The notes: generated from the letters alone by a model not told the origin. A DNA stretch of 64,000 nt from an uncultured Chthonomonadaceae bacterium (GCA_963817895.1 CAWFQB010000001.1:1568001-1632000); one strand, 5' to 3'; counted from the stretch's first letter, positions 42,110 to 51,870 are shown. Translations and numbers: made by a program.

Positions 42110-43205
42110 ATGAGTGATGAACTGGCACTGCCATTGGAAAATGACGCGCCGGATGTAGCCGTCCTGTTGCGCGACTTGCGCCAATTAATTACGAGCGCGC
42201 GGGAACGCGCCGCTGTCGCCGTCAACCGCGAATTGACGCTGCTGTACTGGCACCTCGGCAACCGCATTTTACGCGAAATACTGCAATCACAACGTGCTAA
42301 CTATGGCGCTTTGATTGTGCCTACACTGTCGGCACAATTAACGGTGGAGTATGGCAAAAGCTACAGTCCCCGTCTGTTGTTCTATATTATCCAGTTTGCA
42401 GAGGTCTTTTCTGATCTTAAGATTGTCCAATCACTGACTGGACAATTGGGCTGGTCGCATTTCAAAGAGCTTCTGCCCATCAAAGACCGACTCAAGCGCG
42501 AGTTCTATACAGAGATGTGCCGGCTGGAAAAGTGGAGTGTGCGTACCATGCGCGGCAAGATAGACGGGATGCTGTATCGAGCGTACCGTGCTGTCGGGCA
42601 GGAGTGAGGAAGTGATTGCGGCGGAAATCGCTTCCCTGCGCGAAACCGACCAACTGACGCCCGACCTTGTTTTCCGTGACCCGTACCTGCTGGACTTTCT
42701 CGGCCTGCATGACGGGTACGGCGAGGCTGATCTGGAAAACGCCATCATCCGCGAAATGGAAACGTTTCTGCTGGAACTTGGCGCGGGGTTCGCGTTTGTA
42801 GCTCGCCAGAAGCGCATGACCATTGACGATGAAGACTTTTACCTTGATCTGCTGTTCTATCATCTGGATTTGCGCCGGTTTGTCGCCATTGAATTGAAAC
42901 TTGGAAAATTTACCGCCGCGCACAAAGGGCAAATGGAACTGTACTTGCGCTGGCTGAACCGTTACGAGCGGCGCAAGCACGATGAGCCGCCCATCGGCCT
43001 GATTTTGTGCAGCGAACGCAGCCCGCAGCAGATCGAACTGCTGGAGTTGGATCGGGGCGACATTCGCGTGGCAGAGTATTTCACAAAGCAATTGCCGCAA
43101 TCCCGGCTGGAACAGGAACTGCAAAAGGCCGTGCGCAACGCCCGCGAACAGATCGCGCAACGCGCCACGTTCAACGCGCCGGAAGCAGACGAAACACACA
43201 TTTGA
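42110..43205 (+). CDS. YhcG / DUF1016 PD-(D/E)XK nuclease domain protein (frame change near 42580)
   Basis: VNRELTLLYWHLG, LGWSHF, RDPYLLDFLGL, FLLELGAGFAFVARQ, DLLFYH, IELK, GQMELYL. Confidence 0.92.
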
Positions 43206-43225
43206 GAAGGAACTTCCATTACCCA

Positions 43226-44071
43226 ATGCGCCAAAAAAACTCTCTTCTTTTACATATTCCCCTCATTCTCCTGTCCGTCGTTTTCGCGTTTCCCTTAATC
43301 TGGCTGGCGCTGACCTCGCTGAAGCCGATTGCGGAAACCATGAAAGTGCCGATTGTGTGGCTGCCTTCGGAATGGCAATGGGGCAACTACTGGAAAGCGT
43401 TCACGTTCAACCGCGAAAAGCTGGGGTACATCCCGTTTCTGGTGTACGGGCGCAATACGCTCATGCTGGCGATTCTGACCGTGAGCGGAACCGTGATTTC
43501 CAATTCGCTTGTCGCGTATGCGTTCGCGCGTTTGCGCTGGCCGGGGCGTGACCTCGCGTTCGGCCTGACGCTGGCGACCATGATGGTTCCATTTCCCGTC
43601 CTGATGGTTCCCATTTTCAGCCTGTTCGAGCGGCTGCACTGGATCGGCACGTTTCGGCCCCTGTGGGTTCCCGCATGGTTCGGCAGCGCGTTCAACATCT
43701 TTTTGCTGCGGCAGTTCTTTGCCACCATTCCGTTCGAGTTGTCGGAAGCGGCGAAAATTGACGGTTGCTCGGAATGGGCAATTTTTCGGCAGATAATTAT
43801 GCCGCTCGCCAAACCCGCGCTTTCCGTCGTCGCGCTGTTCACTTTTATGGGGACATGGAATGACTTCTTAGGCCCTCTCCTCTACCTGTCGCACCAGAAT
43901 CTGTTCACGCTCGGTTTAGGATTGCAGGCGTTCCAGAGTCAGAACGGCGGCACGGAATGGAACCTGCTCATGGCCGCGTCTACGATTGTCGTCGCGCCCA
44001 TCGTTGTGCTGTTCTTCTTCACGCAGAAACAGTTCATTCAGGGGATTGCGGTCACGGGGCTGAAGGGGTAA
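43226..44071 (+). CDS. sugar ABC transporter permease
   Basis: AYAFARLRWPGR, IFLLRQFFATIPFELSEAAKIDG, QKQFIQGIAVTGLKG. Confidence 0.93.
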   Translation: MRQKNSLLLHIPLILLSVVFAFPLIWLALTSLKPIAETMKVPIVWLPSEWQWGNYWKAFTFNREKLGYIPFLVYGRNTLMLAILTVSGTVISNSLVAYAFARLRWPGRDLAFGLTLATMMVPFPVLMVPIFSLFERLHWIGTFRPLWVPAWFGSAFNIFLLRQFFATIPFELSEAAKIDGCSEWAIFRQIIMPLAKPALSVVALFTFMGTWNDFLGPLLYLSHQNLFTLGLGLQAFQSQNGGTEWNLLMAASTIVVAPIVVLFFFTQKQFIQGIAVTGLKG

Positions 44072-44077
44072 GGGGAT

Positions 44078-44109
44078 AGGTTGTTAGTTGTTAGTTGTTA
44101 GTTGTTAGG
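44078..44109 (+). repeat. AGTTGTT heptamer array
   Basis: 4 units after the permease stop. Confidence 0.8.
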
Positions 44110-44140
44110 TTTTGAGAAGTGGGGATTGGGTTGGGATGCG

Positions 44141-44174
44141 AAAGGCGCGGGAACCATGCGGTTCCCGCGCCTTT
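44141..44174. terminator. bidirectional intrinsic terminator
   Basis: AAAGGCGCGGGAACC-ATGC-GGTTCCCGCGCCTTT, 15-bp stem. Confidence 0.85.
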
Positions 44175-44198
44175 ACTTAGTCTTGCTACTTTTACGTA

Positions 44199-44675
44199 TC
44201 ACTTCTTGTTGTAGTAACTGAAGTTGATTGTCGTGAACGTTCTCAGAGTGACGCGGTACTGTTGTGGCTGCGCGACCGGAACCTCATCAGTTGAGATAGG
44301 CTGTGGGGTGAGAATAAAATTGCCGGGTACGAGTGGGAGTTTGTAGCTGCCGTCACTGCCCGAAGTTGCCGTGCCGACAACGGTGCCGTCCGACAGCGTA
44401 GCGACAATCTTCGCGCCGGAAATGGGCGATTGGGTTGTGGACGTGGTCGAGTTCGGGGTCATCAGCGCCTTGCCGGAAAAGCCGGAAGTGCCGTCCCCGG
44501 CGGGATCAATGGTCGAACCGCCCAGCCCGTTGGAGCCGTTGACGATGTTGACGCCTGTACTCGCCGTGGAACTGCCGCCGCCGCCACAGCCGGCAAGCAG
44601 GAGCGCGAAGACCGCGCAAAGGAGCAGCGAAACCGCAAAACGTAAAGCGAACGGAGCAAGCAGCCGTTTCCGCAT
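44199..44675 (-). CDS. lipoprotein with beta-sandwich domain
   Basis: Lipobox LAGC followed by GGGGSS. Confidence 0.8.
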   Translation of the reverse strand: MRKRLLAPFALRFAVSLLLCAVFALLLAGCGGGGSSTASTGVNIVNGSNGLGGSTIDPAGDGTSGFSGKALMTPNSTTSTTQSPISGAKIVATLSDGTVVGTATSGSDGSYKLPLVPGNFILTPQPISTDEVPVAQPQQYRVTLRTFTTINFSYYNKK

Positions 44676-44731
44676 AAAGATTCCCTTTCCATACGATGGG
44701 AGAATAAAGTGGTGTTTCCGGGGTTGCCGCC

Positions 44732-44760
44732 ATTATAACAGTTTCCGCCAAACCGCGCAA
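44732..44760 (-). promoter_or_regulatory. sigma70-type promoter
   Basis: TTGCGC-N17-TATAAT with TGn extension, upstream of the lipoprotein. Confidence 0.6.
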
Positions 44761-44827
44761 GTGTTTTTCTGACTTTTCGCCCCTGAATTGTCAAATTTCT
44801 CTTCCTGAACGCTTCCGGTGAAGGAGA

Positions 44828-45243
44828 ATGAGAGATTTTGTATCAAGAATCTCTTCCTGAAGGGATAATAGATGAATGTTACGAAGAACATACAAACTCC
44901 CCGCCAACTGCAATATATGGCACTGGTCGCCTGAGACAACCCGGAGGCTTTTAAGACGCAGGTTCTTGATGGTTGCAGGAGCATTGCAATGTCTGATGAA
45001 GAAACGGCTTTCTATAGCGGAGTAATGTTCTCTACGCTGAACAAAATTGATGGCAACAGCGGAAGTATCATCAATGATGACTACTTTGATCGCATCTGTA
45101 TATCTCTGGAAATCTGCCGTGAGACGTATGAGGCGGAAAATGCGCCTGAAGTAGTTGAAGCGATTTCTGTAAACACGCCGGAAGAAGTTCAGTTTCATAA
45201 TCTATGGTACGGCTGGCTTGCTAAGTTCAGCCGCTGGAAGTAG
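44828..45243 (+). CDS. acidic hypothetical protein, immunity-like (5' part has frame changes)
   Basis: AAGGAG RBS + ATG 44828; intact 3' frame 44989-45243 ends GWLAKFSRWK. Confidence 0.5.
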
Positions 45244-45288
45244 CGCAACACGCATTGTGAGCGATGTCGCCAGTAAGGAGATTTTTGA

Positions 45289-45693
45289 TTGAATTCTTCA
45301 CAGCCTGATGTTGGCAACACTGAGGAGCAAACGCTTGATACTTTCGGGCAATGGTTGATGCAATGGGTTCGGGACAAATCCCTATCGGACATCACCAAGG
45401 TAATTGAAGGCCGGATGAAGGGGGCAAGCTCTCAATCTATACATGAACGCTTGGCAAGTTTCAGTCCACAGGAAGTAGAAACCCTAAAGCATGTGATGCC
45501 ATTTTTCATGGATATGATGTTGGGTAATCTGATGTGGGCATTGGAACAAACGGATGTGGTAGACGTTGCAGTACATGGCGAGGGGAACACGGTTGAGAGC
45601 CTACGTACAATAAGCGACGGCTTGGCAGGAGAGTTGTACGGCGAGCATGGATGGATTGCAAAATTTAGTACACAACCGTATGTAGAAGAATAA
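45289..45693 (+). CDS. acidic hypothetical protein resembling polymorphic-toxin immunity proteins
   Basis: LDTFGQWLMQWVRD...ISDGLAGELYGEHGWIAKFS; AAGGAG RBS. Confidence 0.65.
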   Translation: MNSSQPDVGNTEEQTLDTFGQWLMQWVRDKSLSDITKVIEGRMKGASSQSIHERLASFSPQEVETLKHVMPFFMDMMLGNLMWALEQTDVVDVAVHGEGNTVESLRTISDGLAGELYGEHGWIAKFSTQPYVEE

Positions 45694-45789
45694 CAAGTCA
45701 GCACTGCTGGCGGTGCAGAGCAGCGAAAGGGTGCAGTTGTTCTGCGACAGCGGCAGGCGGCGCGTATACAAACAGGTGGGTAGCGCATA

Positions 45790-46137
45790 ATGATCGAAGT
45801 GTTTACCAATAACTGGCAACGTACCGCAGTAGAAACTCTTCAACAGGGACAAACCGTTCAAATCCGGCCACGCGGAAATTCTATGCAGGGCATCATTGAG
45901 GGTGGCGAACTCATTTCTGTTCAGCCCTGTTGCGCTGAGGACTTACATGTCGGCGACGCTGTTCTGGCGCGGGTGAAGGGGAAGCGGTTTGTTCACATTG
46001 TCGTCCATTTAGTTCAGCGGATTGACAACGGCAGATTTTTAATCGGCAGCAATAATGGGCGGCTGGACGGATGGGTTCAATCCGAGGATATTTCAGGTAA
46101 AGTGACGCAAATCCTTTCGATTCATGATCAGGCATAG
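45790..46137 (+). CDS. S24/S26 peptidase-like small protein
   Basis: PRGNSMQGII, LHVGDAVLARV, VVHLV, IGSNNGRLDGWV. Confidence 0.65.
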   Translation: MIEVFTNNWQRTAVETLQQGQTVQIRPRGNSMQGIIEGGELISVQPCCAEDLHVGDAVLARVKGKRFVHIVVHLVQRIDNGRFLIGSNNGRLDGWVQSEDISGKVTQILSIHDQA

Positions 46138-46138
46138 C

Positions 46139-46248
46139 GTTCAGGTGTTCAGGTGCTCAGGTGTTTGTGTTTCGCGCAAAAGCCAACATGTAACTTCTGC
46201 ATTGTCCTGAACACCCGAATACCTGAACACCTGAACACCCGAATACCT
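46139..46248. repeat. inverted pair of TTCAGGTG-type octamer arrays
   Basis: 46139-46165 vs 46206-46248, between convergent genes. Confidence 0.85.
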
Positions 46249-47479
46249 ACTGCCCCGGATTGAACGGGTTCCCATTGGGCTGAACGGGCCGGGTATTCTG
46301 GTTGAACAGGGCGGCGGGGCGCTCGGTCAGGCTGGCGCTTAATGTCAGCGTGGAACCCCCGCGCCAGACGTTCAACGTCAGCGCGTCCCCAACCTTCAGG
46401 CTTTGCAGCAGCGTCAGCAGATCGTTGGGGATTTTCAGGTCTTTATTGTTAGCCTTCATAATCAGATCGTTGGGATGTAGTCCCATGCTCTCCGCCGGAC
46501 TGCCGGGCTGCACATGCCCGATGACAACGCCATCCGGCGCGTTTGTCATATTGTAATACGCTTTTCCGCGCTCCGTCAGCGTGGCGAATTGCGACACGCC
46601 AAGCCAGGGCCGCGAAACACGGCCTTTCTCAATGAGCTGGGCGGTGATTTCGCGCATGGTGTTGGACGGAATGGCGTAGCCGATGCCCACGCTGCCGCCC
46701 GTGTTGGAGCGGATAGCCGAGTTGATGCCGATCAAACGCCCCTCGATGTCGGCCAACGCGCCCCCGGAGTTGCCCGGATTGATGGCCGCGTCCGTTTGTA
46801 TCAGGCTGGCATAGGCGGTTCCTTTGCCGGTCGCCTCGTTTTTGCGAATCGCGCTGACAATGCCCGCCGTGACCGTCGTGCCAACGCCAAGCGGATCGCC
46901 AACGGCAACTACCCACTCCCCGACGCGCACCTTGTCCGAATCCGCGACCGTCGCGGTGGGCAGGTCTCTGGCGTCCACTTTCACGACCGCCAGATCGGAT
47001 TGCGCATCCGCGCCCAACACGCGCCCCACTAGTTCGCGCCCGTTCTGAAGCGTGACGCTGATGCGCGTGGCGTCCTGAACCACATGGTTGTTGGTCACAA
47101 TGATGCCGTCCGCGCTGATAATCACGCCCGAACCCGTGCCGCGCGGTATCTGCTGCATCACTTCGCTTTGCCCGTACATATCCTCGTTGCCGTAACTGTA
47201 ACGCGGGCGGTACTCCGTGTCAATGGTCACGACAGCGGGTTCCACGCGGGCGGCGGCATTGGCAATCGCGCCCGGATCGTTGATGGCTTTGGCGTCCAGA
47301 TTGAATTTGAACGGAACCGTGTTGTTGTTCGCCACGACGGGCGTCAGAGTTCCCGTCATCGTTCCTGCTGTTGTCGCGGCGGCAGGCAGGCGATTGCGCA
47401 GGACGCTGTACATCAGATACATGCCCCCGCCGAACGCCGCCAGCAATAAAAGAAACAAAACTCCTGCTTTTCGGCCCAT
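46247..47479 (-). CDS. HtrA/DegP-like serine protease with one PDZ domain
   Basis: GSGVII, VTNNHVV, DLAVVKV, IQTDAAINPGNSGG, RPWLGV. Confidence 0.95.
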   Translation of the reverse strand: MGRKAGVLFLLLLAAFGGGMYLMYSVLRNRLPAAATTAGTMTGTLTPVVANNNTVPFKFNLDAKAINDPGAIANAAARVEPAVVTIDTEYRPRYSYGNEDMYGQSEVMQQIPRGTGSGVIISADGIIVTNNHVVQDATRISVTLQNGRELVGRVLGADAQSDLAVVKVDARDLPTATVADSDKVRVGEWVVAVGDPLGVGTTVTAGIVSAIRKNEATGKGTAYASLIQTDAAINPGNSGGALADIEGRLIGINSAIRSNTGGSVGIGYAIPSNTMREITAQLIEKGRVSRPWLGVSQFATLTERGKAYYNMTNAPDGVVIGHVQPGSPAESMGLHPNDLIMKANNKDLKIPNDLLTLLQSLKVGDALTLNVWRGGSTLTLSASLTERPAALFNQNTRPVQPNGNPFNPGQ

Positions 47480-47628
47480 ACCGGTATCTCCTCATAATAT
47501 AATTGCCCGCCTCGTAACGTTAGGCTGTACTACAAAATACGGAAGGCGGGAAAACTCTGTTTCGGTTTTCATCCGCATTTGCGGCTTACGGGCTGAATTT
47601 AGCGCAAATTCTTGCGAAAGCATTACTT

Positions 47629-49674
47629 TTAGAGGTTCTTTTCGGCAGGCGCGTTTTTGTCGCGCCGACGCTCGCGCCACCAGACACATTCCTGTTTCAG
47701 CGCGGCAAACAGGGCGCGGGCAAGCGCCAGCGCGGGCGGGCCGTCGCTGAACGCGGCGGCAATCGCGTACAAAGCGCGGGGCGAGAAACGCGAATCGTTG
47801 GAAATCGCATAGAGAGGTTCCCACCCATCCGGTTTGAACTTGGCTTTGAAAGCGTCCAGCCCCTCGAAATTGTAAAACCGGGTTCCGTGCGCTCTAGCCC
47901 ATGTCAGCATCCAGCGCAGCCACGCCGGTTCCCCATCGGCAGGCGTATCCCCCCGGCGCGAAAGCGGGGCAAGGCCGAGCGTGACATACATAAAGCCATC
48001 CGCTTCCAATCCGCGCATCAGGGCGTCAATCAGCAGTTCCGCCGTGCCGTTGGGCGCGTCGTTACCCCTGACAATCTGCTCGACCAGCCAGCCCTTGCGA
48101 TGGGGAACCGGGGAGGCGATCAAGAATCCGATGGCTTTCGCGTTCAGCGTCGCCACCCATACGCGCCTGTCCGCCAGCCTGTCCAGCGTCACGGACTCGG
48201 TCAGAAAATGGAGGGGCGGCAACAGGCGCGAAGCCGTCCACTCTTCCAGACACGCCTGCAAATCGGGGTGGTTGTGCGCGCGTTCAATCGGCCACTCTTC
48301 CGCCACAACCCCCTTGTTACGCGCCCGGCTGAACTGCGCCCGCAGGGAACTGTGTTTTTTCACGATAGCGGGCCAGTGGGCGGGGTTCCAGACGGGCTGC
48401 GCGCCGATAGCAATGGAAGCGTGTGGGTGTGGCGAGTTGCGCAATACCGTTTGCAAACGTTCCGACGCGCCGAAATAGCAGACGCCCTCGCCGCGCAGCG
48501 CGGCCTCCCGCTCAAATTCCGCAATCACGGTTTCCAATTGCTCCCGCGCGCAAACCGGCGCTCCCGCCACGACACGCACCCGGGAGCGACGCGCATAGCC
48601 AATCACGGCTTCACCGTCCGGGGCGAACCAGTAGTCCATGTGGGGCGTGAGTATCTGGTACGACATGGCGTTCCAGCCGTAGCGCATTACGAGTTCCCGC
48701 GCCCGCGTTTGCGGATTGCAGGGCGCGATGTTCAGAGGCGGGGAAGTGGCGTTTGCGCAGGTTGTAATGGCTTCCACGACGGCAGCGGGGCGCGTTTGCG
48801 GCAGTTCATGCCCTGTATCGGGCAGAACCGTCAGCGTGGAATGGGGCAGGGCTTCATGCAGGGGGTACGCATGTTCGGCAGGCGGCACAACCTGATCGCA
48901 GTCGCCCGTGACAATCACAATCGGAACCTGAATTTGCCCGTAGCAGGGACGGAGCGCGCGCATCACGGCCCGGTCCCGCGTATTTTCGCGCGCGAATGTC
49001 AGCGCCTGCGAGGTTCGGCGTTGCCACAGCGCGGACGCCAACCGCGCGTAGTCAGCGGGAACCGGATCGGGCGCGAACGCTTCGCGCAGGCTTTTGCGCA
49101 GGTAGTGACCTCTGACCAGAATCAGCAGTGTGGCAACGACAAGAGGACCGAGCAGGGGAACCGAAGGCAGCCGCAGCAGCCACAAAGGACGCGCATCCGG
49201 CGCGTGTACCCATCCGCCAAGCAGCGTGAGTCCCGCCACCTCCTGCGGGTACGCGAGAGCATACGCCAATAGCAGGCTGCCGCTCCATGAGTGTCCCACG
49301 AGCAGGGGACGAGTGACGCCAAGCCGTTGCAGCGCGTCATGGATGATTCTGGCCTGCGCATCCGGGGCGCAATCGGCAACCGGGGGCGAATCGCTGTACC
49401 CATGCCCCGGACGGTCAAAGGCGATCACATCGTACTGAAGCGACAGCCGTTCCATTACCGCCTGAAAATCCTGCCAGAACCCTTCGCTGCCGTGCAGCAA
49501 TACAACGGTCGGGCCGCTCCCCCGCCGAACATAATGCAGGCGCAGGCCGTTCACAGTGACAAACGAACCGGCAGGCGGATAGCGTTGTTCCGCCCGCGCC
49601 GCGCGGCAAAACGTCAGCGCGTACAGCCCGAATAAAACGCATAGCAGAAGCGAGAGGATTACCGACAGCATCAT
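47629..49674 (-). CDS. alpha/beta hydrolase fused to DUF2156 (aminoacyl-tRNA-dependent transferase) domain
   Basis: LLHGS, AFDRPGHGYS, GHSWSG, GDCDQVV, TGHELP; then LGLAPLS and FYNFEGLDAFKAKFKPDGWEPLY. Confidence 0.85.
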   Translation of the reverse strand: MMLSVILSLLLCVLFGLYALTFCRAARAEQRYPPAGSFVTVNGLRLHYVRRGSGPTVVLLHGSEGFWQDFQAVMERLSLQYDVIAFDRPGHGYSDSPPVADCAPDAQARIIHDALQRLGVTRPLLVGHSWSGSLLLAYALAYPQEVAGLTLLGGWVHAPDARPLWLLRLPSVPLLGPLVVATLLILVRGHYLRKSLREAFAPDPVPADYARLASALWQRRTSQALTFARENTRDRAVMRALRPCYGQIQVPIVIVTGDCDQVVPPAEHAYPLHEALPHSTLTVLPDTGHELPQTRPAAVVEAITTCANATSPPLNIAPCNPQTRARELVMRYGWNAMSYQILTPHMDYWFAPDGEAVIGYARRSRVRVVAGAPVCAREQLETVIAEFEREAALRGEGVCYFGASERLQTVLRNSPHPHASIAIGAQPVWNPAHWPAIVKKHSSLRAQFSRARNKGVVAEEWPIERAHNHPDLQACLEEWTASRLLPPLHFLTESVTLDRLADRRVWVATLNAKAIGFLIASPVPHRKGWLVEQIVRGNDAPNGTAELLIDALMRGLEADGFMYVTLGLAPLSRRGDTPADGEPAWLRWMLTWARAHGTRFYNFEGLDAFKAKFKPDGWEPLYAISNDSRFSPRALYAIAAAFSDGPPALALARALFAALKQECVWWRERRRDKNAPAEKNL

Positions 49675-49725
49675 GCTCTGCTATACGCGATTGCGGGCGC
49701 AATATCGCCTGCCGACGAGACAATC

Positions 49726-50175
49726 CTACGCCGCCACCAATTGCCGCGTTTCCCGCGTTCCTGCGCTGAAGGCTTCCATGCCCTCCTGCATAACAGTGGC
49801 AACAACCGCGTAAACTTCCGCCCACGCTTCACGGGTTTCGGGCGTGAAGGCATCGCCCAATCCCTGTTCCAGCGTCCAGAGCAGAGTTTCGCCGACGAGC
49901 GCGAAGTGTTCCGGCGTGACGCCATAGCCCACATGCCGCTGTCCCAACTGCCGCAGCGCAGGCAGTAACTCTTCCAGACGATTCAGGCTTTCGACGGCGA
50001 AGCGCAATGCCGTCATCAGATGCCTGCTCTGTTCGCGGATGTCGCCCCGAAACAGAACTCGCAAGGTGGGGTCGCGTTCAAACAATCTGGCGTAAAACAG
50101 TTGTCCCGCTTCCTCCGCAATAGGCGCAATCTGCGCGAACGAATCCTGAACCAATCTTTTTTGTTCCTGTCGCAT
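49726..50175 (-). CDS. single-domain globin (flavohemoglobin/Vgb-like)
   Basis: LVQDSF, FYARLFERDP, LGQRHVGYGV, ETLLWTLEQGLG. Confidence 0.92.
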   Translation of the reverse strand: MRQEQKRLVQDSFAQIAPIAEEAGQLFYARLFERDPTLRVLFRGDIREQSRHLMTALRFAVESLNRLEELLPALRQLGQRHVGYGVTPEHFALVGETLLWTLEQGLGDAFTPETREAWAEVYAVVATVMQEGMEAFSAGTRETRQLVAA

Positions 50176-50258
50176 GATGTTTCTCTCCTCCTCAACGCTT
50201 GATGTGAATTCAATTTACCGTTCGAGCGTTAAGGCAGTGTGAGAAATGCGTTACAATA

Positions 50259-50283
50259 GCGTTATAATTTGAAATTATAACGC
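50259..50283. promoter_or_regulatory. 12-1-12 palindrome, candidate operator upstream of globin
   Basis: GCGTTATAATTT-G-AAATTATAACGC, contains TATAAT on both strands. Confidence 0.55.
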
Positions 50284-50287
50284 AAAT

Positions 50288-50318
50288 GCGGCTTCTTTCC
50301 AAAACAGAAAGAAGCCGC
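50288..50318. terminator. hairpin downstream of the TIM-barrel gene
   Basis: GCGGCTTCTTTC-N7-GAAAGAAGCCGC. Confidence 0.65.
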
Positions 50319-50353
50319 GCGTCAGGATGCAGACAGGCAGGGCAAACACTTTT

Positions 50354-51145
50354 TTAGACTTGCGTGGTCAGGAACTCGAAACTGGAGCGCAGGCAGTCGA
50401 AGGGATCACGGCGGCAAACGTCCTGCTCGACCGCGTATATTTCCACGCCCGCAACCGCGCAGGCGGGCAGAATGTGTTCCCAATCCAGATTGCCCTCGCC
50501 AATGGCCGCCATTACCGGGCCGTCTTTGGGAACCACCTCCTTGTCTTTGAGGTGGATGACGGGGACGCGGCCCGCGCAGCGCTCAAACAGGCGTTCGGGG
50601 CTGACGCCCGCGTGATCCACCCAGTAGACATCTATTTCCAGCGTGAAATCCGCGCCGCCCTCGTCAATGAGAATGTCGTAGCAGGTTTGTCGTCCCGCTC
50701 CCGCGCGCATAAACTCGAATTCGTGGTTGTGGTAGCCCCACCGGATGCCCGCTGCTTTCAATCGCGCGATAACGGGAATGGCGTCCTGTACAAATTGGCG
50801 ATAACCCTCCACGCCCTGTTCCCGGTAGCGTCCCGGCAGGCTGCCAATGGCGGTGTAATCGCAGCCGAGCGTCTGGTGAAACGCGATTTCCTCGTCCGTG
50901 TGGTTCAGCAGGCTATCCCAGTTCCGATGCGTGGCGACGCAGCGCAGGCCGTTGTCGTCCAGCATTTGCCGCGCCTCCGCAGCCGAAACTTCGGGCGTTT
51001 CGCTGTCCATTGCCGCAATTGCGGAGAGTTGAACCGCCTCATAGCCGATTGCGCGGAGTTTTTGCAAAGATTGCGCCAAATCCCCTGCGGTTTTGGTATA
51101 ATCACGAATGGTATACATCTGCGCCGCCAATTGCGATGCCAGCAT
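50354..51145 (-). CDS. sugar phosphate isomerase/epimerase (xylose isomerase-like TIM barrel)
   Basis: QMYTIRD, GYHNHEFEF, EIDVYWV, IHLKD, IGEGNLDW, VEQD. Confidence 0.92.
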   Translation of the reverse strand: MLASQLAAQMYTIRDYTKTAGDLAQSLQKLRAIGYEAVQLSAIAAMDSETPEVSAAEARQMLDDNGLRCVATHRNWDSLLNHTDEEIAFHQTLGCDYTAIGSLPGRYREQGVEGYRQFVQDAIPVIARLKAAGIRWGYHNHEFEFMRAGAGRQTCYDILIDEGGADFTLEIDVYWVDHAGVSPERLFERCAGRVPVIHLKDKEVVPKDGPVMAAIGEGNLDWEHILPACAVAGVEIYAVEQDVCRRDPFDCLRSSFEFLTTQV

Positions 51146-51164
51146 AGTGTTCCTCCAGGAGTTT

Positions 51165-51282
<118 letters not shown>

Positions 51283-51297
51283 TCAAAGGAGTGCCGA

Positions 51298-51864
51298 ATG
51301 GTACAGCGCACAGGGCGCGTCACCTGCCCCAAATGCGGAGCCAACAACTTCGATACGGTCACTACGTGTTACCGTTGCCAGTCGTCCCTGATAACGGGCG
51401 CGCAGCAGCCTGCCCCGATGCAGGGCGGAACGGCAATGGCGACAGATCGCGCAGGGAAGCCCGTTCCGATGAACGCGCCCCTGCCGCCTGCCATGAATCC
51501 CATGATGAACGCGCCGGCGCAGCCGCCGATGATGTCTTCGCCGCCCCCGGCGTATATGCCGGATTATGGCAATGGGGGTGGGGGCGACCCGGCGATGGCG
51601 CGGCGGGCGGCGGTGCTGCTCGCCCTGACAATTCCCTTTATCGGTCTGCCCGTCGGGTGGGCGTTTATGATGATGGAAGACCGCAAGCGGCAGGCCATCG
51701 GGCGATACTGCGCCAACTGGAGTATGATTGCGCTCGTCTTTCACCTGCTACTGTCGTTTGTCTTCATGCAGTCGCTGGCGTCGTATCTCCCGATGCTTTT
51801 GGGCGTGGCTAAATCCGTACAGCAAAAGCAGCAGCAAGATACGGGCATTCCGGGTGTACCGTAG
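51298..51864 (+). CDS. zinc-ribbon, Pro/Met-rich linker, two-TM membrane protein
   Basis: CPKC..CYRC; AAGGAG RBS; two hydrophobic helices. Confidence 0.75.
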   Translation: MVQRTGRVTCPKCGANNFDTVTTCYRCQSSLITGAQQPAPMQGGTAMATDRAGKPVPMNAPLPPAMNPMMNAPAQPPMMSSPPPAYMPDYGNGGGGDPAMARRAAVLLALTIPFIGLPVGWAFMMMEDRKRQAIGRYCANWSMIALVFHLLLSFVFMQSLASYLPMLLGVAKSVQQKQQQDTGIPGVP

Positions 51865-51870
51865 GAATAT

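Noticed and set aside
7335..43205. Mass pseudogenisation or programmed frameshifting (ABC permease, GT4, monooxygenases, GH63, folD, nusB, kinase, SGNH, sugar permease, DUF1016)
   Set aside because: The breaks are single-base frame switches with otherwise intact motifs and affect core genes such as folD; assembly indel error is the simplest explanation. Needs read-level confirmation.
41873..43225. N-terminal extensions of DUF1016 (from 41873) and of the second permease (from 43007)
   Set aside because: They overlap upstream genes; ATGs with RBS at 42110 and 43226 match the family starts.
50199..50213. FNR box upstream of globin (TTGATGTGAATTCAA)
   Set aside because: Spacing and second half-site do not fit TTGAT-N4-ATCAA.
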